Positions 51,873 to 62,161 of a stretch of DNA of 64,000 bases are shown here, piece after piece. A program made the translations under genes and the position numbers. The notes under the pieces are model-generated. The model saw only the letters and a program-made list of their open reading frames with translations, was not told where the DNA came from and searched no databases. How positions within the stretch are numbered: position 1 is the first letter of the stretch; every line of letters begins with the position of its first letter. This stretch comes from Leptospira sp. (GTDB lineage: Bacteria > Spirochaetota > Leptospiria > Leptospirales > Leptospiraceae), in contig JAWXAQ010000002.1 in NCBI GenBank assembly GCA_034439575.1, positions 211,640-275,639 of the forward strand, given 5' to 3'.

Positions 51873-51989
51873 ATTTTGGAAATTCCTTTTATGGGTAAAA
51901 AAATACAAGTTTTATTTATAAGCTTATAAATACTGCGTTATATACGTCTTTTTTAATCATTTCACCTAACTTTTACTCAGGAGTCAATT

Positions 51990-52976
51990 ATGGAATTATC
52001 TTCCCCGCCTACGGGCGCCTTAATCATGTTCGAAAATCGAATGAAAAAATTAAGAAAAGAAAAGGAAAAATGGTCAAAACGTAACTCAGTATTTGCCTAT
52101 CGGATATATGACGAAGATATCCCCCAAGTTCCTGTTATACTAGATAAATATAATGATTGTTTTGTTTTGTATGATAAAAGTTCCTTACGTTACCAAACCG
52201 AAGAAGAAAAAGAGGAACGATTAAAAATTATTGCTGCAATAGTAGTGGATGTGTATCAAATTTCCGATGAACAATTGTTTGTTAAGACTCGCAAAAAACA
52301 AAAAGGGAGAGACCAGTATGAAAAATTAGATACCGTCTCAAAAGAAATCATAATTCAAGAAAATCATGCCAAATTTTTGATCAATCTCTCTGATTATTTA
52401 GATACAGGATTATTTTTGGATCACCGCCTAACCAGAAAATGGTTTGGCGAATCGGCAAAAGATAAACATATTCTTAATTTATTCTGTTATACGGGTTCAT
52501 TCTCGGTCTATGCGGCATTAGGTGGAGCATCGTCTGTGACAAGTATTGATATGTCAAAAACTTATATTGAATGGGCCAAAAGAAATCTAGATATTAATGG
52601 AATATCTGGAAGACAATATGAATTTTTAACGACAGATGTTTTGCAATGGATCAGAGATGAGTCAAAAAATCCAGATAGAAAAAGATATGATCTGATTATG
52701 CTCGATCCACCGACTTTTTCCAATAGTAAAAAAATGACAGAAGAATGGAATGTAGAAGAAAATCATAGAAATTTTATCTTAACATTGCTTACCAAATTTT
52801 TGACACCTAATGGGGAAATATGGTTTTCAACAAATTTCAGAAAATTTGTTTGGGGGATACCAGAAGAGGAATGGAAAGAGAGGGATTATCAGTGCTTAGA
52901 TAAAACTACGATGAGTATCCCCGAAGATTTTAGAGATAAAAAAATCCATAGACTATTTCAAATAAAGCCAGTTTAA
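51990..52976 (+). CDS. RlmK/RlmL-like rRNA methyltransferase (class I SAM)
   Basis: YRIYDEDIP, YLDTGLFLDHR, LNLFCYTG, LDPPTFSNSK. Confidence 0.85.
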   Translation: MELSSPPTGALIMFENRMKKLRKEKEKWSKRNSVFAYRIYDEDIPQVPVILDKYNDCFVLYDKSSLRYQTEEEKEERLKIIAAIVVDVYQISDEQLFVKTRKKQKGRDQYEKLDTVSKEIIIQENHAKFLINLSDYLDTGLFLDHRLTRKWFGESAKDKHILNLFCYTGSFSVYAALGGASSVTSIDMSKTYIEWAKRNLDINGISGRQYEFLTTDVLQWIRDESKNPDRKRYDLIMLDPPTFSNSKKMTEEWNVEENHRNFILTLLTKFLTPNGEIWFSTNFRKFVWGIPEEEWKERDYQCLDKTTMSIPEDFRDKKIHRLFQIKPV

Positions 52977-52981
52977 GATTT

Positions 52982-53719
52982 TTATCTTTCAATAAAAGGA
53001 TCAATTCTTTCTGCTAAGATCCTTCTGTTTTCTCCAGATTGTAAGGCGAGCACACCACGAAGTATCGCCTGACGTTCATTACTCTTTCTTTTGCTAGTCG
53101 TTTTTAATTGGTTTGCGATAGGTAAAAAAATTAAATTCGCAAAGGAGATTCCGTAAAAAGTGGCGATAAAAGCTGTGGCAATTCCTTGTCCTAAAATTTT
53201 TGTACCACCTTCTAAATTTTCTAAAACACTAACGAGTCCGAGAACGGTCCCTATGATACCGATAGTGGGAGAAAAACCTGCGGCTGTTTCAAAAACTTTC
53301 GCCGAACGAAGGTCTTTTTTTTCCTGTTCTTCATGTGCTTCCCACAAAATTTCTTCTATGGTCCTAGGATCTGATCCATCGACTATCAGTTGTATGCCTT
53401 TTTGCAAAAATGGATTTTGTAGACGTTTGGCTTCTTCTTCGAGTGATAAAAGTCCATCTTTTCTCGCTTTTTCCCAGAACTTGAAAAAGGTAGTTTGTAA
53501 ATCTATGGGTTCTGTTTCTCTGAGACTAGAGCCTAGGTCTCGAATAGCGTTCGTCAGTTGGGTGAGAGAGGATGAGGCGATAGTAGCACCTAATGTGCCA
53601 CCTACGATCAGTAAAAAAGCCGGTAGATGGAGAAATGATCTTAGGGATGCACCCTCAATTAAAATCGCGACAAAGACAGATAAAATAGCGGCAATGATAC
53701 CAAGTATAGTCGGGTGCAT
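52982..53719 (-). CDS. motA: Flagellar motor stator protein MotA family
   Basis: ARKDGLLSLEEE, GIQLIVDG, PTIGIIGTVLGL, AFIATFYGI. Confidence 0.85.
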   Translation of the reverse strand: MHPTILGIIAAILSVFVAILIEGASLRSFLHLPAFLLIVGGTLGATIASSSLTQLTNAIRDLGSSLRETEPIDLQTTFFKFWEKARKDGLLSLEEEAKRLQNPFLQKGIQLIVDGSDPRTIEEILWEAHEEQEKKDLRSAKVFETAAGFSPTIGIIGTVLGLVSVLENLEGGTKILGQGIATAFIATFYGISFANLIFLPIANQLKTTSKRKSNERQAILRGVLALQSGENRRILAERIDPFIER

Positions 53720-55911
53720 TATTGAATCCTTGCCTCTCTTTGTTCAGGTCTAGCATATACTCTTTTGGCGGATTCTTTCTTTTCGGCTACTTCATTTTTT
53801 AGCCTTTCCCAAATAACAGAATTGGGATTTTCTCTATATCTGGCTAGAATCAATGGTTCCGCTTCTTTCCAATTTTCTTGATTTAGATATAACCTAACCT
53901 TGACAAGTTCTAATTCTTTTTGGAGACCAGTCATCTGGTTTAATTTATAATAATTTTCCAATTGGTCCATAATGCGCAATGCGTTATTCCAATCACCTAA
54001 TGACTCAAACATGGGATGAAGAGTATTCCATGCAAATTCTTTGAACTCATTTTCATTTGAAAGGTCTTCTAATATTGGGATGAAATCGGGTTCTGGTGTC
54101 GTGTATTTTAGACAATTAAATGCAATTTTTAACAATGATTTGTCGGGTGATTCAAATTTTCTTGCAATGGCTATCGCATCAAGTGCCAGTTTATTTTGGC
54201 CGACGCGGTAATAATAATTAGCATAACTAGCATATGATTCATAGTATAAATGTTTAACTTGCAGGGCGTCTTTTTTGATATCGCCACCAGAGTATTTTAT
54301 CATATTGTCCAATTGGTTTTTAGTTTCTTCAATTGTGGCATTTTCAATTTTTTCATGGATGTATTTGAATTTCCAATCATTACCGATCGTTCTTGAAAAA
54401 CCTAATGGTTGATTCATATACGGCGGATAGTAAACATCGAATCCCCAAAAAGATAAACGTTTGAGAAGGGACAATGCATTGATATGTGGCGTAGAATAAT
54501 TTTTCTTTCTAGAAATAAAAATTAAAAAATTTTGATTCTCTTTTCTAAGTTTGTCTATGTAAGAGATAATTTGTGTTTGGTTTTTTTTAAGTCCAAGAAT
54601 TACGATTTTATTTTTCAACTCCGCTTTTTTTGGTAAAAATGGATTTGATTCAAAAGGCAATATACTTCCATAAAATACATATTCACTATTATTTTCTTCT
54701 AGATTAGTAATTTTAAATGGAATAGGATCAAAAATTTCATTTTTTGAGAAAGGCACACTTGATCTTATGGATGGTGGATAAAAGAATATAAATGCGAGTA
54801 AGACTGTGACACCTAACATGATTATTTGCGGATAACGAACAATATGTTTTTGCATTAAATATGGATAAGTTAAAATTGGTGCGAGTATGATTGCTATTAT
54901 GGAACGAATGCTCACCATTATATTCCAATGGTATAGTATCAATGATATTAAAACATAGGCGATAGCTTCAGCGCCAACATAAATGTATTCTTTTTGTTTG
55001 GTTTCGTTCGGTTTGAAAAACCCCACCATACCAGCTAACAAAATACAAAGTGCTATATAAAAATAATTCCAATATGATTGATAAACGAAAAAGAAAAATG
55101 ATACAACTAGCATTATACGGCCAATCAAATAAATAGCTTTGGTCTCTTTTTTGATTCCCGCGACTAAGGATAAAATTCGTCCAGCGAACAATGCGAACGA
55201 AATGGATAAAATAAGTGGAATTTTAGGACCTGGCTGAAAATATAAATGTAGTGTGCAATATGCTAACAGTAACGATAATGAGGAACGATAAAATGGAGCG
55301 AATAATGGGTGTTTACCGATTTTTGATCTTATTTTATAAAACCGCAGAGAAAAGGCTGATTTTGATAAAAAAGTGCTAAATAAATATATTTCTAAAAGTA
55401 AAAACAAAACTACTATAATTGATTTTAATGGAGTCGAGTGACTGGCATCAAAAAGTGAGTGAAATGTGAAAAGTGTTATGCCCAATGCAAAGCTTAAAAA
55501 CCTATAATCTTTGATCGCCCCGCAATAAAGTCCTGTGACAAAAGCGCCAATACCAGCACCAAACAAGATCACTTCGAAAGAAAATATATAATCAATCAGA
55601 AACTCAGAAGAACCTTGATTTTTCATCCAAAAAATTTCAAAAGCCAACAATAAGATTAAAATGATGGTGAGTGTGGGGGATAATTTTTGAGAATATTTTC
55701 GGTACAAAAAACCCAGACCGAAAAATGATATTAACAAACCTTGCAAAACGGGAAAAGCTGAGTCACTTGTATCAACTAAGCTCAGTTCGTTGGAAGCTAC
55801 AAAAAATAGTAAAGATAAGATATATCCTAAAGAGATACCGAGAGCAAATTCAGAAAACGGAAATAGTCCTGTTTCCCAAAATCGTTTCCATTGTGAATCC
55901 ATCATTTCCAT
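53719..55911 (-). CDS. Polytopic membrane protein with C-terminal TPR-like region
   Basis: Many hydrophobic segments in the N-terminal half, helical repeats at the C-terminus; stop overlaps the motA start. Confidence 0.6.
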   Translation of the reverse strand: MEMMDSQWKRFWETGLFPFSEFALGISLGYILSLLFFVASNELSLVDTSDSAFPVLQGLLISFFGLGFLYRKYSQKLSPTLTIILILLLAFEIFWMKNQGSSEFLIDYIFSFEVILFGAGIGAFVTGLYCGAIKDYRFLSFALGITLFTFHSLFDASHSTPLKSIIVVLFLLLEIYLFSTFLSKSAFSLRFYKIRSKIGKHPLFAPFYRSSLSLLLAYCTLHLYFQPGPKIPLILSISFALFAGRILSLVAGIKKETKAIYLIGRIMLVVSFFFFVYQSYWNYFYIALCILLAGMVGFFKPNETKQKEYIYVGAEAIAYVLISLILYHWNIMVSIRSIIAIILAPILTYPYLMQKHIVRYPQIIMLGVTVLLAFIFFYPPSIRSSVPFSKNEIFDPIPFKITNLEENNSEYVFYGSILPFESNPFLPKKAELKNKIVILGLKKNQTQIISYIDKLRKENQNFLIFISRKKNYSTPHINALSLLKRLSFWGFDVYYPPYMNQPLGFSRTIGNDWKFKYIHEKIENATIEETKNQLDNMIKYSGGDIKKDALQVKHLYYESYASYANYYYRVGQNKLALDAIAIARKFESPDKSLLKIAFNCLKYTTPEPDFIPILEDLSNENEFKEFAWNTLHPMFESLGDWNNALRIMDQLENYYKLNQMTGLQKELELVKVRLYLNQENWKEAEPLILARYRENPNSVIWERLKNEVAEKKESAKRVYARPEQREARIQ

Positions 55912-56022
55912 TATAAAGAATCATTCCCTGTGGACAAGGGAAACTAAAGAAAAAGAAAGATCATTTGGCGGTGCACAAAAGATTTGACCTTAGACGAGCC
56001 TTGCCAGAAATGGAGAATAGCC

Positions 56023-57564
56023 ATGCTAACGTTTTTATCCATTTCCTTTTTGGTCATTTATGGCCTAGACATTTTTATGTTATTCCTATTCGGATTACAC
56101 ACCTACCTAATGGTATACCTCTATAGCCGTAACAAAGCGAATTGTGCAGAAGAACCGAACCTCTTACTGAAAAGTACAGATAAGAATTTACCGATTGTAA
56201 CGGTTCAACTTCCCATTTTTAATGAATTTTATGTCATTGACCGCCTAATTGATGCAGCCTGCGAACTTAATTATCCAAAAGACAAATTGCAAATCCAAGT
56301 ATTGGATGACTCGACTGACGAAACCATAGAAAAGGTGCGTGGTCTTGTCAGAAGTTACCAAAAACAAGGTATCTGGATCGAACACTTGCACAGAACCAAC
56401 AGAGTTGGGCATAAAGCGGGGGCCTTGGAAGAAGGTATGCAAAAAGCCAAGGGTGATTTCATCGCTATTTTTGATGCGGATTTTACTCCTGAACCAGATT
56501 TTTTGTTACGAACCATGGGATATTTCCATGATCAGAAAATTGGTATGGTGCAAGCCCGATGGGGACACTTAAATGAAGATTATAATATTCTAACAAAGGC
56601 ACAGAGTTTTGGTATCGACGGTCACTTTATGATAGAACAAGTGGCTCGCAATGGTTCCTCTCTTTGGATGAATTTTAATGGCACTGCTGGTATTTGGAGA
56701 AGGTCTTGTATCGAAGATGCAGGCGGATGGGAACACGATACTCTTACTGAGGATTTTGATCTTTCCTACCGTGCAGAATTGAAAGGTTGGAAATTTAGAT
56801 ATATTAAAGATGTTGTTTGTAAAGCTGAGATCCCGGCGACAGTCAACGCATACAAAGCTCAACAATTTCGTTGGTGCAAAGGTTCGATCCAAACAGCCGT
56901 TAAGTTACTCCCGAAAATTTGGAAATCAAATGAAAATTGGAAGATAAAGACTGAAGCGATTACTCACTTAATAAATTATTCCGTTCACCCACTTATGATC
57001 TTAAACATTCTTTTGACGGCACCTCTTCTCCTTATGGATTATTGGGCAGGTTTTAAGATGGAAGATTTACCTATAGAAATCCTTTTTGGATCTGCCGCCT
57101 TACTTTCTGTAGGTTCTCTTGGTCCCGTTATCTTTTATGCCTATTCGCAAAAAGAAATTTACAAAGATTGGAAAAGCAAATTGATCTATCTTCCTGTTCT
57201 TGTGATGATCGGAACAGGCATTGCGGTTATGAATACATACGCATGGATGGAAGCTGTTTTTGGCATTCAATCTGGGTTCAAACGTACTCCAAAATTACGC
57301 ATTGAAGGTGCAGGTGATAGCATCAAAGAAAAGATGAAATACACGGTTCCTGTTGATTATCGTGCATTTTTGGAATTTTTTATGGGCGCATATTGCCTAC
57401 TTTGCATTTATCTATCTATTCTCGTTGGAAAACCATATGTAGTCGGTTTTATGGTTCTCTATTCGATCGGATTTTTCTATGTCTCTTTACTTTCCGTTGC
57501 GGAATCCTATTGGAAATTCCGTCCAGCGTCCAAAGAAGAGAAAGAAGCAAGTGCTTTGGCTTAG
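56023..57564 (+). CDS. Processive GT2 glycosyltransferase (cellulose synthase-like)
   Basis: QVLDDS, KAG, FDAD, TED and QQFRW (D,D,D,QxxRW) motifs plus TM helices. Confidence 0.9.
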   Translation: MLTFLSISFLVIYGLDIFMLFLFGLHTYLMVYLYSRNKANCAEEPNLLLKSTDKNLPIVTVQLPIFNEFYVIDRLIDAACELNYPKDKLQIQVLDDSTDETIEKVRGLVRSYQKQGIWIEHLHRTNRVGHKAGALEEGMQKAKGDFIAIFDADFTPEPDFLLRTMGYFHDQKIGMVQARWGHLNEDYNILTKAQSFGIDGHFMIEQVARNGSSLWMNFNGTAGIWRRSCIEDAGGWEHDTLTEDFDLSYRAELKGWKFRYIKDVVCKAEIPATVNAYKAQQFRWCKGSIQTAVKLLPKIWKSNENWKIKTEAITHLINYSVHPLMILNILLTAPLLLMDYWAGFKMEDLPIEILFGSAALLSVGSLGPVIFYAYSQKEIYKDWKSKLIYLPVLVMIGTGIAVMNTYAWMEAVFGIQSGFKRTPKLRIEGAGDSIKEKMKYTVPVDYRAFLEFFMGAYCLLCIYLSILVGKPYVVGFMVLYSIGFFYVSLLSVAESYWKFRPASKEEKEASALA

Positions 57565-57636
57565 GCCAAGGTACTTTACTTGACGAAACGGCCTATTTTT
57601 AAAAGCTGTACATTCAACTTAGGTTAGGGGTCTTCC

Positions 57637-57915
57637 ATGAGTGAAAAAGTCTACTGCGCGAACTGTCTTCATTGTGTTGTTGTTCGCCAATATGAATCAG
57701 AACAGGACAAATATATTCTTCGTGTAAAATGTAACAAGAAAAAATGGTCCAAACGTTCTGGAGAGGAAAAGCTCTATAAATACTTTACTGTTGCGAGAAG
57801 AATGCAAACAAATTGCGAATTCTACGAAGAAATGGGAGAGATTTTACCTTATATCAAAAATCTCAAAAAAGAACTCCCGATCAAAGACGAAATTTACATG
57901 GTGAAAGCCGTCTAA
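57637..57915 (+). CDS. Small Cys-motif hypothetical protein
   Basis: CANCLHC...C...C; 92 aa. Confidence 0.65.
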   Translation: MSEKVYCANCLHCVVVRQYESEQDKYILRVKCNKKKWSKRSGEEKLYKYFTVARRMQTNCEFYEEMGEILPYIKNLKKELPIKDEIYMVKAV

Positions 57916-57921
57916 ATCCAA

Positions 57922-59088
57922 GTGGTTTTTCCAAAGCTTTCTCGTGGTTTTACGAGAAAGTTTCACAAAACAGAAAACAAACGAGAGCGGACCATTCAGG
58001 GAAATTTCCTGATTCCCGTTCCCACTGGACACCAAATTCCAGATCAATTCCCGAGAAGAGTCTCTCTTGGGGAAGTATTAGTCACTACTCCAAATCTCCG
58101 TATTTTAGCACCTGTTAATGGGATTGTTTCTCTGAATGAAGAGAAAACTCATTTTCAAATCAAACAAGACGGGGCATGGAATACAAATTCTCCTTATGAT
58201 CCAAAAAGTCTAACACTTGATACATTCATAAATGAATGTAAAATGGGAGCATTGGCATCTCTCGATTTTCCAAATTTGACATTGGACCAATATTTCAGTT
58301 CTTTCCAGCCAATGGAAACATTTGAAATATTTATAGCACCTTATACTCGTAATAATTTTTTACCTTTTTCAGAAATATTGCATGATGAGATGCGGCCTGC
58401 ATTGCGCGAGTTTATCACTCTTCTACAACAACTATTTCCAAAAGCGACTATGTTTAATTATTTAGAGAATCATCAATCTAAATTCAAACATCCACAAGGC
58501 ATTCCCGAATATTTTATCTCACAAAAAACAAATCAGAATATACCTTCTATTCGAGAAGCACTTAGCTCTCGTAAGGTTATGTATCTTGGTCCAGAAACCA
58601 TTTACCATATACTGCGAATGATTTATTTTAAAGAACCTTTTACAAGAAGGCACCTTTATGTATGCCTTGTAGATAAAAAGGGAAGGATCGATACCGAATC
58701 CAGATACTATTTATTAACAAATGGACAATGCCTTGATTTTTTAGTAAAACATTTACAAGGACGTTATAAAGTCGCTAGTTTTCAATCGATGTTTGAGTCC
58801 GTTACAATCGAAGATATAAATTCATTAGGTTTTTTTAATATTTATGAACATCAAGTACTTGTGTTATATGAACGTAAGCCTGTTAAACGAAAGGCATTTG
58901 CTTGTATTGATTGTTTAGAGTGCAATACGTATTGCCCAACAAATGCGAACCCCATATCTATTGTTAAAAATCGCCATTCACAGTTTAACGTTTCAAATTG
59001 TATTGAATGTGGCATTTGTACCTTATATTGTCCCTCTGGAATTGATTTACGTTCGATGATCCAAGTGGAAAAAGAAAAACATAAATGA
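57922..59088 (+). CDS. RnfC-like 2x[4Fe-4S] protein (divergent)
   Basis: ILAPVNGIV at the N-terminus; CIDCLECNTYCP and CIECGICTLYCP. Confidence 0.7.
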   Translation: MVFPKLSRGFTRKFHKTENKRERTIQGNFLIPVPTGHQIPDQFPRRVSLGEVLVTTPNLRILAPVNGIVSLNEEKTHFQIKQDGAWNTNSPYDPKSLTLDTFINECKMGALASLDFPNLTLDQYFSSFQPMETFEIFIAPYTRNNFLPFSEILHDEMRPALREFITLLQQLFPKATMFNYLENHQSKFKHPQGIPEYFISQKTNQNIPSIREALSSRKVMYLGPETIYHILRMIYFKEPFTRRHLYVCLVDKKGRIDTESRYYLLTNGQCLDFLVKHLQGRYKVASFQSMFESVTIEDINSLGFFNIYEHQVLVLYERKPVKRKAFACIDCLECNTYCPTNANPISIVKNRHSQFNVSNCIECGICTLYCPSGIDLRSMIQVEKEKHK

Positions 59089-59987
59089 TTAGAAATCTTT
59101 ATATACTTTCTGAGGGAGGCTGGGCCATAAAATCTGCCGAAATATTTGCAGATTTATTTTATGTGTTAACTATAACTCTTGTTTATGGAGTGTTTGTATA
59201 CTTTAGACCAGAAGTATATGGAATTATTACAGCTGAAGCTCTTATCCTTTTTGGGATTTATTATTATTATTTGATTAAAATTAATGAGAATGTTTTTCTC
59301 TTGGCACTATTTGCACAAATTGTTCTATATTTTTTAAGCCTACCCATCCCTTTCTTGAACCCAATTTTATTTCCTATCGTTTTTATAGTATCATGTTCTG
59401 CGAATGTTTTTTTGGTTAAACGATTTTCGTATCGAGTCCCTTTACTTATATATCTTCTTCTCTTTTCCTATTTATTTGATTCTATATTCACTTGGTTTGG
59501 ATTAAATTTACGCAGTGCGGCTCCATCAAGTTTTTACTTTCCGATTTTGGAAACAGTAGAAGCAAATTCCTTAGGTCCAGTTTTCTCCTTACCTTGGTTA
59601 GTGGGTGCAAATTTTGAAATTAGCACCTTTCGATCTAGTTTTGAATACCTTTCCACATTTATACTGATTGGAATATCTTGGATTGCATTTCGAAGGATGA
59701 TACTCATCGTATTTTTCGTAAGCTGGCTCATTATTTTTTTTATACTTGGATCTCAGTCCTTATCACTACCGCTTCCATGGATTGTAAGTTTTTCTTCACT
59801 CGCATTTATCATACATTTTGCTCCTGGACGAAATTTTTATGGTTCCTTTTTCGCGACCTTACTTAGTTTTATTCTACTTATGCCGATAGCTTTTCTGATG
59901 GCGAAATTTGGTTTGTCTCCGATTTTGATTTTGCTTATTTTTTTCCCAATCGAAGCAATTATGACCAGGGTTTTTCTTGGAAAATAA
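59085..59987 (+). CDS. Polytopic membrane protein, possibly RnfD-like
   Basis: About 9-10 TM segments; translationally coupled to the RnfC-like gene. Confidence 0.5.
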   Translation: MIRNLYILSEGGWAIKSAEIFADLFYVLTITLVYGVFVYFRPEVYGIITAEALILFGIYYYYLIKINENVFLLALFAQIVLYFLSLPIPFLNPILFPIVFIVSCSANVFLVKRFSYRVPLLIYLLLFSYLFDSIFTWFGLNLRSAAPSSFYFPILETVEANSLGPVFSLPWLVGANFEISTFRSSFEYLSTFILIGISWIAFRRMILIVFFVSWLIIFFILGSQSLSLPLPWIVSFSSLAFIIHFAPGRNFYGSFFATLLSFILLMPIAFLMAKFGLSPILILLIFFPIEAIMTRVFLGK

Positions 59988-60022
59988 TCTATGTTAAAAA
60001 CAGTGGAAGTAAATACATTCCT

Positions 60023-60484
60023 ATGAACCAACTTCTGGAGATACTAGATCCCAAAAATATCATTTTTGATTTTACTGCTTCCACCAAAGAAGAAGCGATT
60101 CGTAAGATGATATCTCATTTGGTCCAAAATGGAACACTTGATACAGCACATGAAGAAGACATTATTGTTTCTCTCTTAAATAGAGAAAAATCAATGTCAA
60201 CGGGGATTGGAAGTGGTGTGGCTATCCCTCATTGTTCAGTTCATTATGTCAATGAGTTGAAATGTGCGATGGCGATTGCTCCGCAAGGTATCGATTTTGA
60301 AGCCCTTGATCATGCTTTGGTGCAAATATTTATCATGCTTATCGTTCCTAAGAACAAATTCCAAGATCATATTAAAACCCTCGCACTCATCGCAAAAACA
60401 TTAAACATCCCGGAAGAACGAGAGAAACTTATCAAGTCACGAAACTTTGATGAGATCAAAAAGGCATTTCTCTCGGCGAATTAA
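60023..60484 (+). CDS. PTS IIA component (PtsN-like)
   Basis: REKSMSTGIGSGVAIPH phospho-His motif. Confidence 0.9.
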   Translation: MNQLLEILDPKNIIFDFTASTKEEAIRKMISHLVQNGTLDTAHEEDIIVSLLNREKSMSTGIGSGVAIPHCSVHYVNELKCAMAIAPQGIDFEALDHALVQIFIMLIVPKNKFQDHIKTLALIAKTLNIPEEREKLIKSRNFDEIKKAFLSAN

Positions 60485-60487
60485 GCC

Positions 60488-61384
60488 TTGAAATCTGAAT
60501 TCTTTCGATTTGTTTTTTTTATTTTATGTTTGAGCCTTATCTCTAGTTTCATTTCATCCTTTCGATCACAAGACAGACGTTATACTTATGCGGACAGTGG
60601 GATATCTTCGGAAGAAGTGACCTCTGAAGATTCGTTTTTAATTCGAGCAAGCATTGAATATTTAAGTTTTTGTAAATCATTAATTGTCGGAGATGGACAA
60701 ACCATTGCAGGTGAATCCGTATATTCACATATTGCAGAGCGACTTCTACCTACATTTCACTTAGCTATATTTTCAATTCTTTTTGGGTCTTTTTTTGGAA
60801 TATTTTTTTCCCTATTTGCATTGTACTTGAGAAATAAATTTTTTGACGAAGTTTTATCTCGTATAGCAGAAATTATACTTTCGACACCAGTCTTTGTTTT
60901 TTCGATATTACTTCTGATTCTGTTTTTTTATAAATGGGAACTTCTTCCTCCAGGTGGGTATGAACCATTGCAGACGTATTATGTGATTTTGCCTGGGATA
61001 GCTCTTGGAATTCGCGTATTTGCAAGGGTTTATTTATTTCAAGCGAAAGAAGTATGGACAGAATCGAATTCGAGTTATGTGCTACTTTTGCAAACACGCG
61101 CTTATCCTTGGCGACATATCGTCTTTTCTGAAATTTTTAGAAAGGTATTACCTTTTACTCTCATTATCATTATTTTGGATTTTAGTTCTTTGATTTCTGG
61201 CGCAATGATTGTAGAAGAAATATTTTTTTATCCAGGTATCGGTAAATCACTTTTTTACTCTATCAAATCAATGGATTCGATATTGCTTGCCACCTTGTTA
61301 ATGTATGTCGGTATCGTTTTTTATATCATGAATCGGATTACTTTTTATTGGCAAAAGTATTTACTCGGCGAAAGTAATGTTTAA
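60488..61384 (+). CDS. Peptide/nickel ABC transporter permease (DppB-like)
   Basis: RLLPTFHL, STPVF, GAMIVEEIFFYPGIG. Confidence 0.85.
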   Translation: MKSEFFRFVFFILCLSLISSFISSFRSQDRRYTYADSGISSEEVTSEDSFLIRASIEYLSFCKSLIVGDGQTIAGESVYSHIAERLLPTFHLAIFSILFGSFFGIFFSLFALYLRNKFFDEVLSRIAEIILSTPVFVFSILLLILFFYKWELLPPGGYEPLQTYYVILPGIALGIRVFARVYLFQAKEVWTESNSSYVLLLQTRAYPWRHIVFSEIFRKVLPFTLIIIILDFSSLISGAMIVEEIFFYPGIGKSLFYSIKSMDSILLATLLMYVGIVFYIMNRITFYWQKYLLGESNV

Positions 61385-62159
61385 GTATCCAAAAAATAAT
61401 TTTAGGAATTGGATTAGACTTATATTATGTACATTCGTATTGTCAGGAATCATTTTATACAGAGCACCTAATGACGTTAATTTGGAATTGGCAAATTTAG
61501 AATGGGGATTTGATATTTTTCATATTTTTGGATGTGATCGTTTAGGTAGAGACAATTGGGCCATGATATCTTACGGAAGTTTGGCTACTCTTTTCATTTG
61601 TATTCCTGCACGCATATTTACTTTGGTATTTGCTTCTTTTTTTTCCTATTTTGCCTATATTCACAAACGAAAATTTATATTAATTAGCGATGTGATTGCT
61701 TCTGTTTTCCTTTCCCTACCATCATTGTTAGTCGCACTTGTAGTTATCTCACTTTTCCCAAATAGTAAATCTACAATAATAATGTCTATCGTCATTGCGG
61801 ACTGGGCTTTTAGTTATGAAACTTTACAAGGCAAATTAAGAGAAATTCAAAAAAGTGGATATGTATCTGCTTCGCAATCTTTAGGCGCAAGCTCATTTCA
61901 TATATTTTATTTTCATATGATTCCTGCCTTAAAACAAGTTTATGAATTTCTTTTTTTAACAGGGATTCCCTCTGTCATTATGACCATTGCCTTATTTTCT
62001 TATTTGGGTATAGATACAAATATATTAAATTTTGGTCCGGGTTTAGGGGAACAGATTTCATTTTCTAAAGATTATTTTAATCAAACTCCTGTTTCGGTTT
62101 TGCTTCCCATCCTTGGAATCATAGCATTGGTATATTCTTTCGGGAGAGATGAAAAATAA
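61377..62159 (+). CDS. Peptide/nickel ABC transporter permease (DppC-like)
   Basis: FGCDRLGRD, YVSASQSLGAS, FHMIP, FSYLG. Confidence 0.85.
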   Translation: MFKYPKNNFRNWIRLILCTFVLSGIILYRAPNDVNLELANLEWGFDIFHIFGCDRLGRDNWAMISYGSLATLFICIPARIFTLVFASFFSYFAYIHKRKFILISDVIASVFLSLPSLLVALVVISLFPNSKSTIIMSIVIADWAFSYETLQGKLREIQKSGYVSASQSLGASSFHIFYFHMIPALKQVYEFLFLTGIPSVIMTIALFSYLGIDTNILNFGPGLGEQISFSKDYFNQTPVSVLLPILGIIALVYSFGRDEK

Positions 62160-62161
62160 TT

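Noticed and set aside
53160-53753. 197-aa plus-strand ORF and many similar antisense ORFs (e.g. 4147-4590, 24491-24928, 30233-30658)
   Set aside because: Shadow frames opposite well-supported genes, with no motifs.
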